The notes under the pieces were generated by a model, which had not been told where the DNA came from, searched no databases, and saw only the letters and a list, made by a program, of their open reading frames with translations. Below are positions 22,001 to 29,292 of a stretch of DNA of 64,000 bases, piece by piece. The translations under genes were made by a program, and so were the position numbers. The stretch comes from a virus. The stretch's first letter is position 1. Each line of letters begins with the position of its first letter. Location of the stretch: IMG/VR virus record IMGVR_UViG_3300025133_000036, positions 1-64,000 of that record; one strand, given 5' to 3'.

Positions 22001-25000
22001 TCCATACGGATTTGCTGTATTTAGTGGAAGTGGAACGGTTTCAGGAAGTGAAGCAAGCGCTTCAGTATTGATTACTGCGAATAAAGCAAGATTGGCTGGA
22101 TGGGAATTGGGACCAGGTCAATTGACAAGTGGAACAGTCGCAACAATAGACGGCAACCAGGCTAAGATAGCACTGGGAACAAACGCGACAACTCATACTG
22201 GAATGAGTCCATCTGCAAGTTTATTTTTCGTAAGTGCATCAGCAGACCCAATCTTTTTTGTTGGAGAAAACTTTAGTTATATAGGTGATGTATTAACTGC
22301 TGGTGGTTGGACAATAGGGTCAGGTGTAATAGAAAGTCTTGATACTGATGGCGGAATAAAAATAGATGCCAGCAACAAACAAATAAATATCTACACAGGT
22401 TCTGCAGCTACTACTACTCCTAGAATTGTAATTGGAGATGTCAATGGTAGTGATTCTTTTGGAATAAAAGGTGTAAAGTCAAACGGTAATACAGTTTTTG
22501 AAATATCTGAAACTCAAAATATAATAGCAGGCTGGACTATAAATGCAGGGTCAATATCAAAGAATAATGTCAAGTTAGATTCAACAGCAGCCGCAGAAGG
22601 ATTATATGTTAAAAAGTCAGGTTTTTCTGATGATACTGCTGGTGGGTTTTTAGGTCTTGATAGCGGTGTTGCAAAATTTAATGTAGGAAATGCTTCTAAA
22701 TTTATAAAATTTGATGGAAATCATTTAACAGTTGAAGCTGGTAATTTCTCATTAGACTCAAGCGGTAATGTAACTGCAGACGGATCAAGTCACCAGTTTG
22801 GTGGAACAATAACAGCAAATGTTATAAATGCTACAGGATCAGGAGTAATTGGTGGTTTTGGAATTACAGACTCTGAGATCTCCTCAAGTGGTGCTACTGG
22901 AAACACGGGATTACGATTAAAGTCATCAGGACAAATAACTGCTTCAGCTGCTAAGATCACAGGTGATATTACTGCAACAGGAGGTACTATTGGTGGATTT
23001 ACAATAGGCACAAACTTAACTGAAGGAAGCAAAGCTGCATATCTTGATGCCAATTCCGGCATTTTTATCGGAGCAGATGGTATCGGATTAGGTCCTTCAT
23101 CGACAGGATTTTATGTATCAGACGCTGGAGTTTTAGTTGCAAATTCTGCAACAATCGCAGGAACTGTTACCGCTACAAATTTAATCGCGACTAATACTGG
23201 TAGTATTGCTGGATGGGATTTGAGAGCTGGATCTATCGAAGCTGAAGACACTAGTGTTGGTGGACGGGTTCGAAAAACGTCTATTTCTTCTTCTAGCGAT
23301 CTAAGTGGCTTAGGAGTTCAAGAACGAGAAACTACTACGAACGGAAATAAACGTTGGCAGCAAAGAGTTAAAGTTGGATCATTTGCATTATCAAACCCAG
23401 GAAGTGTACCTGCTCAATTAGTCCAAAATAAGGATTTTGGACTCTCAATCCCAGGGTGGGATGAATCATTTAAAACTGCTATCTCTGGAATCGGTGGCCA
23501 AAAATATCTAGGAGCCGGATCTTATGGCGGAGCCACAAATAAGGACACTTATAATGCGACACACAGTATGGCATATGTTGGTCCTGGATCTTCCAATGAT
23601 CAACAACTTATTGATTCATCCGGATGGGATCGGTTTGTAACTTATGTAGATGCGAGTCAAGCCCCAGACATGACTACCGGCAACGGGTATTCTCCACACT
23701 GGTCTGGTTCATTAACTTCTTCAATAATAGATGATGGAGGATTAATTCATAACGAACACCAAGTTATGAGTACAGGTGGTGGTAAAGTATTATTTGTAGA
23801 ACCTGGAGTTGTTGTAATGTCATCTGCAAACTCCTTCAGCCCCAATTGGGGTACCGAGGACGCCGGTACTGCTGGGATGGTAGTCAACTGGTCACTTGAA
23901 CAAGATATAGGACACGTTTCTGCTGCAGAAGATTCACTTATCGACTTTAAAGCCGGCCTACAAGCTCCTCCAACTAATATAAATATCAAACGATTATTGC
24001 ATTTATATAGAATGAAAAGTGAAACAGGTTGTGCCAATAGTGTCATTGATTATACAACACAACTCCGCGTAATGTGTGATAGAGACGGCGGAACTTCATA
24101 TGATGAAACGCTTATCTCCACCACCGCTATTACTTTGTTCAAAGGCACTCCAGATCCTATAGATGGAGCTAAAACTTATTGGACACCTAATAAGGTACAA
24201 TCTGAAAAACAAGGGGTCTTATCTGGAAGCCTTTCTGGTGCGACACTCCAAGTGCAACTTTCGTGCATGGTTATCTTCGGCGGAGATTTTAAATCTAAAG
24301 ACATGTATGATGCAGTAGATGCTACTACGACTGGCATTTCAGCAAATGAACAGGGAGCTCACAAAGTACTTTACAATGATGGCAACATACCTAATGTCAA
24401 CGCAAAAGGTGTATGGCTGAGACTTCCAGGAATTATTTTCGACGAATGTTATCTTACAATTGGCGGAACGAGATTACTTGAAGCGTCTTCTGACGGTCTC
24501 CAAATGCAAACTACAGGAACTGAACGTTTAAGATTTGATGATTCCGGATTAGATTTAAAAACAAAAAAACCTTTTGAAGCATTAACAATGTTACCAAATC
24601 AAATTCTGTTTAATGTTTCTAAGTCTTTAGTCGGTGCTGATGGAACCGCAACCGGCTCTTCATATATTAACCCGACCATAGGCTTTAATTATCCTGCAGT
24701 TAATACGGGTACAGGATCAATAGAAGATTTATATATTCGTGGAATGAGACCATACGCTTCTACGTCCGCATATTCATGGCAATCCCCTGAACACGGGTAT
24801 TCAGCAGCGCCATGGAGTATGACTGGTACCGCCGGAGCAATTCATATTGCTGCAGCGGATGGTGCTAGTGCTGAATGGGCTGGGTCTAAAAACAGTGGAG
24901 ACGGTGGAAGCATATACTTATCCCCTGGAAAACCTGGTGCGGTCGACACCGGGACAATGGGTAACAGTGGAAGTATTTATTTACAAGGCGATGTAAATGC

Positions 25001-26006
25001 ATCAAATAATTCTATTACTGCATCCCATTTCGTTGGCGACGGATCAGGACTTACCGGATTATCGTCTGCAGCTATAACGACAGCAGCTTCAATGACCAAT
25101 AATTATGTTCTTACGGCAACAGGAGCTACGGCTGTTACTGGCGAATCCAAGTTACAATTTGACGGATCAAATCTTGGTATTGGAGGAGCTCCTACTTATA
25201 GATTAGACGTTGGAGGAACAACAGGATCAACAGGCAACACTCTTAGAATCGCGCAGACTAATAATGGAACTGCAATAAGAATTGGTGCTGATACTACTAG
25301 TGCTAAAGTTACATTGTTAAGAATTGACACACAAGATGGTAATACTGACAGTGCAGCATACGGTTGGAGTATGGTATATAGAGGAGATTTATCCGGAGTT
25401 AACAACAGATTAGACATTATGTCAGACAACCAATCTGGCACTGCGTTTGAAGCTCTTACAATTTTACAAGATGGAAAAGTCGGTATAAGTGATACGGCAC
25501 CTGGCAAATTATTAGATGTGGCTGGCGATATCAATATTACTGGCGAATATTACATGGACGATACAGAAATTATCGATAGTAATAAAATAGCCACCGGACT
25601 AGTAACACGCCAATTATTGCCATTCGGTCACAATTCCGGATTGAGTGTGGCCGGCACTTCTACAACTATTGAATTAACAGTAATCAATGGTGCAACAAAC
25701 GGTAAAGGCTATCGTATGATGCGAGCCGGTTCAATTACCGCCGCTAGTTTACAAATGGATTGCACTAATTCTCATGCATCTTCAACAGTTACTCTGCATG
25801 TATACAAAAATGGGTCGAGTGTCTTCTCCCCGACTATGACACCAGCCGGAAGTGGCGACGAAGGCCTGTATTCAGTACAGGCAGTTGGTGTTGATACATT
25901 CGTCGCCGGCGATCAAATAACGGCAAAACTTTATGCGGCCGGTAATGCCGGCACTGTAACACTAGATGATGTAGCAGTACTAGTAGAAATTTCAACAACA
26001 TCATAA
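10074..26006 (+). CDS. Giant (5310 aa) virion structural / tail-fibre-like protein
   Basis: One uninterrupted 15.9-kb ORF, rich in Gly/Ser/Thr, with many IAGW/IGGF beta-repeats, tail-fibre-type repeats and internal duplications. Confidence 0.8.
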   Translation: MAVKQKSVKIQNLNQFNAFIEESGAVSEYFNITDVPDELPLGKSSLLLMGSQYLKENVTLKLELIDNIGNPVYLEPVYNYKETGGIRVGLEIYNSVAAGAAELVILGEIDPAKVDFDIPSEFQGVYNVKYSRPLTINKAIPNTRPIKFYKRPIPIISEIIKGQITPSSTTTGSNVQTTGTIVGLPATNTEGNSFQIDSAHYGEIPTYTDNQYGYSPIGNTQEYVSPNDTSYLFSFPDGSTTEFSSSMVGGTLTISSPQATPTFVTTSQMIVPSYSARISKVVNKKTIRVQKPFGLYDSGSGQYLISPIEASSYQINWPKPSEFNTSSVNFKSFANVVLSNVRTFSGDVYRIAAYVKNNGPFGNWNKVIDTPVEAPELLQDTLSLTGTARIGYFASDTIVSKYWNETGGGSANPFATSTVFQTYSTDEYLVDSVFISSSAANMLDGDTDHHVLALKPQYSMSFAKNTSYTLTFDTICDNRGGIGSKPKMTFFMSGSAFTLAENTTNQNAGFGRAIAQIKFPDSVNSLRGLEQTRHEATFEPDFDGTAILQIKTTHGHWHLANLSLRAATDTNFSPDIIQLTAPVPALQTRPDNLDFAFEFYNSNNEKSETVITTLPDNPDGVVFQGENMNILGNDNTIEGSIFIGGETTGSGIQMGGISSTLPETGGDGATGSGFIRSVQYRGFKSSSLNDEHTGWMIYSGSVLPDSGDNYAGVGLELAGKSGSLRFSTIPSRFEVVADAFFVGNTNTQFISGSGGIIEISSSAFHLSSSGDVVVSGSITATSGDIGNWKIVDGMLSGSNATLDANGSALYKSDQGPDTNPNDGYYIDFTPGGYYVRFGSDFAVSSSGTLIASGAIIEGVLTSSAGYIGNWTIGSDSIHKSTGGKYSGLSSIGNTRFFAGADSLSTSGSAPFNVKSSGDVSASNILLGNKSSANYLEYLNGALTVQGTITANAIRTPAIIGGSVSTEQNASASINAQGFASFKSASIAGFEIAPSTITSTDDSLILKSGGEMTGSSILLGNKGAGQFLQYKGSTLTVQGDITANNIRTPATIGGSPSTDSNASSSINTQGFASFKSASIGGFEVSATQINSTNDNLILKSNGQITASAARIVGSDIDIDVENFELDTTGLELSSTEASMSLGTGNEIVIRGNSNSPYISIQPSLALPDKIYGDTGIMLAVAAGSTPLFSAVGTGGHIKFNGTSLDISTDTAVISGSSITLETPKFFLGSKGTQFVSGSGGSIEISSSAFHLTRQGNVTASQFLLEGGKISGSNVEIIVPQFKLDTTRFDVDSEVGTLSLGAGVNMTQGSGVFFSSSGDFKMGDPNGNIKFSEGSFSITGSDINIDVTQLNISASGFTLSSPQASMSLGNNKELLLHATGGTGGVPILKMDGGEISSSNFFLSTTGEITGSAGKIGGWTIGNSTLSGTNITLDSSGTIQTADYSSGVKGWKIDQSGEAEFENATIRGTLATVTFEKESINAVGGQLWVANSTAISGSTVGVSAATMSVVNASGFVANEYLIIKKETGSGFNQEVVKVVSSSITGNGTNDFAGNIMVTRAVSGSATTYEEGQVIVSTGVSESGYIRINANPSDAATPYIDIVERTGSAYPDFELKARLGDLSGISSAKVGTDPGFGLFSENVFLTGKITATSGEIGGYAITSNAISSSNDKLILKSNGQITGSNVLFTDGKIAGWNISSTNLTSPGAGIRLNGNGDNAEISVNTHVFGSEGIQLGYNSGNPRFYAGDGAQNFLRYDTSNGVSVKTTRFELDTTNLVLSSTESSMSLGEGKIKLIGQTVPVIKVAGGEISASNFFVSKDGNLTASNAQFQGELTSSAALIGGWTVDSNSIQKGQTILSASDDPGLYIQDAFTNNMVTVASSSLHVIGSDPDEMENDSFEVDPLSSFSSAGYHVGTTASPLSVVSWSIASTGPVSHSITKRSGAPFTDFNEAVLGDFTLDIVHPGTLAPVAGLSRSLAVASQSYLAGNTYEVSQIVSASSAAGTVWKAGNVVSFAGVGKFSHSLSGKGYDRGLQSQKYKVEYWNGSSWTMFIPKSGSRSDRGGYAQYRLGSRYGSISAGAELPANSSKLKVTLSGSINPDTSYKKKRAIYQGHVVDPMSDVLPGKTAVKEVEEDIKLNDESSAKYPYTEITFDNFRLRQSQPRVQLTPEGFLLYASDSSYLKMTPEGIDFRGGQGFSQTSTMLAGDSNSDNIDVYGSFAGPSLQAYEADTADVGASAFQGNVGEYAMGNHRHKLNFSTINDVLSGATITNGIWNSNFGAIPAALISGSWQSQDFANLTPAKISGSWQSQDFANLTPAKISGSWQSQDFANLTPAKISGSWQSQDFANLTPAKISGSWASSGAIANSYLANDGITIAGNDISLGGTITSITILNGTGVISQSAQLPDGLVSSSAFSSPSQGTIRATLNGSTTDVDSGLQSGDSPQFTDLTLTGNLTVQGTQTIIDSTTLNIGDNIIELNAGTSDGGLYIKETQGGAATGSLLWDVSANRWIGGLKDSEVTIPTITSTDTLTNKTINASNNTLSNIPNSALTNTSVSYGGISIALGSSDATPAFDLSDATSLPIVAGTTGTLSVARGGIGATSLTDLITLGSHTTGNYMTDVSVGTGLDVSHTPAEGSTATVSLDLTEVGFGGGANRIITDDADGTVSTEANLTFSSPLLTIGGGSAASVTSQLRLAYGATDYHDIKTIYNGSTSSANKIIFALENSTAAATAEVLTLRGDGTIGINQTAPSYGLDVTGTGRFTANVDFGSGIDITGDITVTGTVDGRDVATDGTKLDGIESSATADQTASEILTAIKTVDGTSSGLDADLLDGQEGTYYLDFTNITVTSGEVSNAMLANSSVSLGGISVSLGSSDATPAFDLSDATSLPLSTGTTGTLAVGRGGTGTTTLTDGGILLGSGTGAITAMSALADGQMIVGDGSTDPVAESGATLRTSIGVGLTDSPQFTNLTLTGNLTVEGSQTIIDSTTLNIGDRIIELNAAKAAGDGGLYVRDQSTAETGSLLWDVDQNRWIGGLKDSEVNLVTIDSSDTLTNKTLTTPTISATGWTNANHTHAGSTTGGQLAATAISDFDTEVANNTAVAANTLKETNVTTNLSVSRDGTKIDIVSSDGTNAVLPLADTDNWGVMSDEMFDKLDGIETSADVTDATNVEAAGALMDSELTSIADVKALNQSVVSGATPTFTTTNFTDASNKRLMTDAQETLLDSVETNADVTDATNVEAAGALMDSEVDADIKTLSLPASTTISTFGASLIDDAAATNARTTLGLIIGTDVQAFDDQLASVAGWTAAQTTTIGNIGTITTAADKMIYTTAADTFTETAITSFGRSILDDADEAAFKATVNLEIGTDVQAQDAGLASISGLTTAADKMIYTTAADTYAVTGLTSFGRSILDDADEAAFKATVNLEIGTDVQAQDAGLASIAGLTTAADKMVYTTAADTYAVTGLTSFGRSILDDANEATFKATVNLEIGTDVQAYHATLDTVSAGTYAGDDSIVTVGTIATGEWNASDIALGTYTSGNYVGTLSVGAGMAAVNADGEGSSKTIAVDGVLEDLDTLGAAASDGQFIVATGAGTFGYESTTVARTSLGVGTGDSPSFAGLTSTDDIILDGSGDSIYNTFVTGMFGTGWSIDYGANGSSLEIDNIVVRNTLRTHIFQKDTVKASNGALYISDSGVINSFTGTTGTGTVSFKDDKSATFVSGSTLWYKDAHPDTGTIASVKFGITDNGTADTPVADATQYAVIIDKYVGGTGGDNDSLADLVVGGTAVRISGGSLLLDASSTAAPFMDVIDDAGNTRVRVGQVKQSADYDKYGILGMDGSGNRVFEISEQVNEIAGWSLTTDAISKSNISLNATNPSLRVTDGTRERVRVGDLNGVGGYTTAKYGVIGFDGTGVLAADATFELSNERNMIAGWDLIPGNIQSDNSGGSVRLSSTAQALTIWTGSINEAQPKLVLGKLPLHDGTVDNPYGFAVFSGSGTVSGSEASASVLITANKARLAGWELGPGQLTSGTVATIDGNQAKIALGTNATTHTGMSPSASLFFVSASADPIFFVGENFSYIGDVLTAGGWTIGSGVIESLDTDGGIKIDASNKQINIYTGSAATTTPRIVIGDVNGSDSFGIKGVKSNGNTVFEISETQNIIAGWTINAGSISKNNVKLDSTAAAEGLYVKKSGFSDDTAGGFLGLDSGVAKFNVGNASKFIKFDGNHLTVEAGNFSLDSSGNVTADGSSHQFGGTITANVINATGSGVIGGFGITDSEISSSGATGNTGLRLKSSGQITASAAKITGDITATGGTIGGFTIGTNLTEGSKAAYLDANSGIFIGADGIGLGPSSTGFYVSDAGVLVANSATIAGTVTATNLIATNTGSIAGWDLRAGSIEAEDTSVGGRVRKTSISSSSDLSGLGVQERETTTNGNKRWQQRVKVGSFALSNPGSVPAQLVQNKDFGLSIPGWDESFKTAISGIGGQKYLGAGSYGGATNKDTYNATHSMAYVGPGSSNDQQLIDSSGWDRFVTYVDASQAPDMTTGNGYSPHWSGSLTSSIIDDGGLIHNEHQVMSTGGGKVLFVEPGVVVMSSANSFSPNWGTEDAGTAGMVVNWSLEQDIGHVSAAEDSLIDFKAGLQAPPTNINIKRLLHLYRMKSETGCANSVIDYTTQLRVMCDRDGGTSYDETLISTTAITLFKGTPDPIDGAKTYWTPNKVQSEKQGVLSGSLSGATLQVQLSCMVIFGGDFKSKDMYDAVDATTTGISANEQGAHKVLYNDGNIPNVNAKGVWLRLPGIIFDECYLTIGGTRLLEASSDGLQMQTTGTERLRFDDSGLDLKTKKPFEALTMLPNQILFNVSKSLVGADGTATGSSYINPTIGFNYPAVNTGTGSIEDLYIRGMRPYASTSAYSWQSPEHGYSAAPWSMTGTAGAIHIAAADGASAEWAGSKNSGDGGSIYLSPGKPGAVDTGTMGNSGSIYLQGDVNASNNSITASHFVGDGSGLTGLSSAAITTAASMTNNYVLTATGATAVTGESKLQFDGSNLGIGGAPTYRLDVGGTTGSTGNTLRIAQTNNGTAIRIGADTTSAKVTLLRIDTQDGNTDSAAYGWSMVYRGDLSGVNNRLDIMSDNQSGTAFEALTILQDGKVGISDTAPGKLLDVAGDINITGEYYMDDTEIIDSNKIATGLVTRQLLPFGHNSGLSVAGTSTTIELTVINGATNGKGYRMMRAGSITAASLQMDCTNSHASSTVTLHVYKNGSSVFSPTMTPAGSGDEGLYSVQAVGVDTFVAGDQITAKLYAAGNAGTVTLDDVAVLVEISTTS
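16911..17129 (+). repeat. 51-bp coding tandem repeat, about 4.3 copies (ISGSWQSQDFANLTPAK)
   Basis: Near-identical units with only synonymous differences and no spacers. Confidence 0.95.
20013..20537 (+). repeat. 186-bp (62-aa) coding tandem repeat, about 2.8 copies, tail-fibre type
   Basis: TTAADKM(I/V)YTTAADT...TSFGRSILDDA.EA.FKATVNLEIGTDVQA units begin at 20013, 20199 and 20385. Confidence 0.9.
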
Positions 26007-26022
26007 TAAAAGGAGAGAAAAA

Positions 26023-26499
26023 ATGAAAATAACTTTTGACGAAATAATAGAAGTAGTTTTACACCATGAAGGCGGTTATGTAAATGATCCTAAAGATCCC
26101 GGCGGCGAAACTAACTTTGGAGTATCAAAAAGAGCATATCCAGATGTAGACATTAAAAATCTTACTAAAGATGGTGCCAAAGATATTTATAAGAAAGACT
26201 ATTGGATGCGCAACCGATGTGGGGAACTTCCTGAAGAGCTTAGGCACGTATATTTCGATATGTGTGTAAATATGGGCAGAAGCCGCGCAACAAAAATTCT
26301 ACAGGAAACAGCAAACGCTAAAGGAGCTGGTCTAAAAATAGACGGTGGAATTGGTCCAAAGACTGTTGGAGCAATGAAGAATGTTGAACTTCAAAGGGTC
26401 CGAGCATATAGGATAAAATATTATGCTACGTTAATTGAAAGAAAACCTGATTTGGCAAAATTTTATTATGGATGGTTTAAAAGAAGTTTAGAAGTATAG
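26023..26499 (+). CDS. Endolysin / lysozyme, glycoside hydrolase family 108
   Basis: HEGGYVNDPKDPGGETNFGVS catalytic motif; IDGGIGPKT; C-terminal FYYGWFKR; AAGGAG SD. Confidence 0.9.
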   Translation: MKITFDEIIEVVLHHEGGYVNDPKDPGGETNFGVSKRAYPDVDIKNLTKDGAKDIYKKDYWMRNRCGELPEELRHVYFDMCVNMGRSRATKILQETANAKGAGLKIDGGIGPKTVGAMKNVELQRVRAYRIKYYATLIERKPDLAKFYYGWFKRSLEV

Positions 26500-26509
26500 G
26501 AGATATAAA

Positions 26510-26827
26510 ATGGCATTAGAAGATTTACAATTACCAGAAATAAGTCCTTTAGGTAGTCCTGTGGGTAGATTTGATGAATCACCACTTGCAGATACTAAAA
26601 TGGGCGATATGACACAAGTAGATATATTTGCAGGTGAAGATATTGGTGGACTGGAAAATTTTCCAGATACCCCAGAGCCACAACAGATACCAACTGAAAT
26701 AGATGGAAAACCTGTTCATAGTCACGGGTTTCATAATGCAACCGAGGATCAGCACCAAAATACATATGGAACTGGACAGACAACATCATTAAGTCAAAAC
26801 GATGTATATGGAAACATTCCAGAATGA
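26510..26827 (+). CDS. Hypothetical acidic protein
   Basis: 105-aa ORF with AGGAG SD, coupled to the next gene by ATGA. Confidence 0.65.
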   Translation: MALEDLQLPEISPLGSPVGRFDESPLADTKMGDMTQVDIFAGEDIGGLENFPDTPEPQQIPTEIDGKPVHSHGFHNATEDQHQNTYGTGQTTSLSQNDVYGNIPE

Positions 26828-29289
26828 CAACATTAAGTGAACAAATAGCAAATGAAGTTTTATATGGTAAAGATCCAATTATCATAACGGATAGTTTGAT
26901 TGAAAATTTCCTAGCAGAATCTAGTAATGTTCAAGGTGTTTATTCTGATGAAGGATTATATGATTTCTTTTCAAGTTTTGATGCTTATAAAAAAATTACA
27001 AAATCTAAAGCTGCTAAGATTCTCGGATGGCCTATAGTTGATTACGTTTTAAACAAATACGCTAAAGATCCAGTATATGATGTTAGTATGATGGACGATC
27101 AACGCGTTGGAGTAAACAGAACTACACGTGCTGATATGGTTACATACGGTGGAGCAGTTGTAGCAGGAACTGAAAAATATAAAGTTGCGGACGCTAAATA
27201 TCAAGTAGAGATGGAACAAATTGCACAAGTACTCGGTTGGGAAATTGTTAAGTGGATGGGTATAGGACCAAATCGTAAAAGTCAAGTCGTAATAATTCCA
27301 TCATATAAGCAGACGACTATGAAAGCGAAAGTCAATGAAGATATTGCTATTGGTATAACGTTCAATGAAGATGTAGGTATTATCCCGTCTCCAAGTAGAA
27401 AAAATGTAAAAAAAGCTGCATCTAGAAAAGATAGAAGTATATATATACAAGAAGAAGAAAGTAGGATAGAAAAAGTGATAGCTGTTTATCCTGGAAGGTT
27501 TCAACCGTTTGGTCCACATCATAAAAAGTCATATGATTTTCTTAAACGAAGATTTGATGAAGTTTATATCGTAACTTCAAATAAAACTGGTGGAGCAAGA
27601 CATCCGATGTCCTTTTCAGAAAAGAAAAAACACATGCAAAAAATGGGTATACCATCATCTGCAATTCAAATGGAATCTCAACCATATATGCCTAAAAAAT
27701 TGTTAAACAGATATGATGAAAATACTACAGCTGTTGTATTTGGAGTTGGCGCTAAAGATGGTCAAAGACTTTCTGGTGGAAAATACTTTAAAGATTATAG
27801 AAAAAATTATATGAGACTTAAAGGTTATGGTGAACATGGATACAAAGTTGAATTACCACATACTAGTGTAAAAGTTGGCGGCCAAGAAATAAGTGGAACA
27901 ACAATGAGAAAACTTTTAGGTTCTGATGATTACGATTTAGTGTTAAGAAAGAAGTTTTTCAAAAAAATGTTTGGCTACTTTGATCAGAAAACATTCGATT
28001 TATTTATTTCAGTTTTTCAAGAACAAGTTATAAGAAAAAAGGAGTTACTGCTTATGGGGGGAGCCTATGGACATATGGCACATCCATTTGACGATTATGG
28101 ACTTACATTCGGAGATCTTAAACAGATCATTCGTTTAGGTCTTCAAGGTAAATTAGACAAAGAAGAAGGAATTACTGAAAAATTAGATGGGCAAAATTTA
28201 ATGGTTTCTGTTGTTGACGGAAAAGCTAAAGCCGCAAGAAATAAAGGCAATATAAAACAAGGTGGAATGTCACTTGACGATGTTAAAAACAAATTTAAAA
28301 ATCATATACCTGCTGTTAGAAATGCTTTTGTATATGCAATGACGGATTTGAAAAGTACACTTGAAAGAATGTCCAAAAAAGATCAAGATGTATTATTTGA
28401 TAATGGCAATAATTGGGCTAATTTGGAAATTATTTATTCACCAACAAAAAACGTTATTGATTATGATGGCCCTGCAACAATAATTTTTCACGGAATATTA
28501 AAATATGATACAGCAACCGCTGCAGCAAGAGGTGAAGTAAGATCAGGAGGATCAAAATTAGCGTCGATCATTAGTAAAATTAATTCCACAATTGAAACAA
28601 AATTCTCGTTTAAAGGTCCTAATGTGTTAAAAGTTGCAAAGGCAAAAGATTATTCGGCAAAACAATCAAAATTCTTGACTATGTTGACAAAATTACAAAA
28701 CAAATATAAGTTATCTGATTCAGACGAAGTTTCTCTTTATCACCAACACTTTTGGTTAGAATATATTTTGGCTGGTGCACATTCTACAGATTTTGCAAGT
28801 ATACCAGATAATGTTTTATACCCACTTATGAAAAGATGGGCCTTTGATAATAAGACCTATAAACTAACAGAGCTTAATAAATTAAAACCGGATCATCCGG
28901 ACTTTGTTGATTGGGCACGAACAACCGATAAAATAGATAAGCCAAAAATATTAAAAAATAATATGAAACCATTTGAAACTTTATTTTTTCAACTTGGAGC
29001 AGAGATACTTTCTAATGTTTCAAATTGGTTAGCGCCTAATCCAAGTAAAACTGCTCAAAGTTTACGCTCTGATTTAGATAAAGCTGTTAAACAAATAAAA
29101 AATTCAAAAGATTTATCTGCAATCGGTAAATTAAAGACCCAATTAAACAAGATAAAGGCTATGGGCGGTCTAGACACAATAGTACCATCTGAAGGTTTAG
29201 TTTTCAAATACAATGGCAAAATATTTAAGTTTACCGGTATATTTGCGCCTATTAATCAAATAACCGGTTTAATGAAATTTTCGAGGTAA
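26824..29289 (+). CDS. Multidomain protein: cytidylyltransferase-like (HIGH-superfamily) domain plus ATP-dependent ligase-like nucleotidyltransferase domain
   Basis: AVYPGRFQPFGPHH...ISGTTMRK; then GGAYGHMAHPFDD, TEKLDGQN (KxDG), EGLVFK and FKFTG. Confidence 0.7.
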   Translation: MTTLSEQIANEVLYGKDPIIITDSLIENFLAESSNVQGVYSDEGLYDFFSSFDAYKKITKSKAAKILGWPIVDYVLNKYAKDPVYDVSMMDDQRVGVNRTTRADMVTYGGAVVAGTEKYKVADAKYQVEMEQIAQVLGWEIVKWMGIGPNRKSQVVIIPSYKQTTMKAKVNEDIAIGITFNEDVGIIPSPSRKNVKKAASRKDRSIYIQEEESRIEKVIAVYPGRFQPFGPHHKKSYDFLKRRFDEVYIVTSNKTGGARHPMSFSEKKKHMQKMGIPSSAIQMESQPYMPKKLLNRYDENTTAVVFGVGAKDGQRLSGGKYFKDYRKNYMRLKGYGEHGYKVELPHTSVKVGGQEISGTTMRKLLGSDDYDLVLRKKFFKKMFGYFDQKTFDLFISVFQEQVIRKKELLLMGGAYGHMAHPFDDYGLTFGDLKQIIRLGLQGKLDKEEGITEKLDGQNLMVSVVDGKAKAARNKGNIKQGGMSLDDVKNKFKNHIPAVRNAFVYAMTDLKSTLERMSKKDQDVLFDNGNNWANLEIIYSPTKNVIDYDGPATIIFHGILKYDTATAAARGEVRSGGSKLASIISKINSTIETKFSFKGPNVLKVAKAKDYSAKQSKFLTMLTKLQNKYKLSDSDEVSLYHQHFWLEYILAGAHSTDFASIPDNVLYPLMKRWAFDNKTYKLTELNKLKPDHPDFVDWARTTDKIDKPKILKNNMKPFETLFFQLGAEILSNVSNWLAPNPSKTAQSLRSDLDKAVKQIKNSKDLSAIGKLKTQLNKIKAMGGLDTIVPSEGLVFKYNGKIFKFTGIFAPINQITGLMKFSR

Positions 29290-29292
29290 GTT

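Noticed and set aside
11433-25534. Antisense and off-frame ORFs within the 5310-aa gene
   Set aside because: Expected by-products of a long Gly/Ser/Thr-rich frame; no recognisable motifs.
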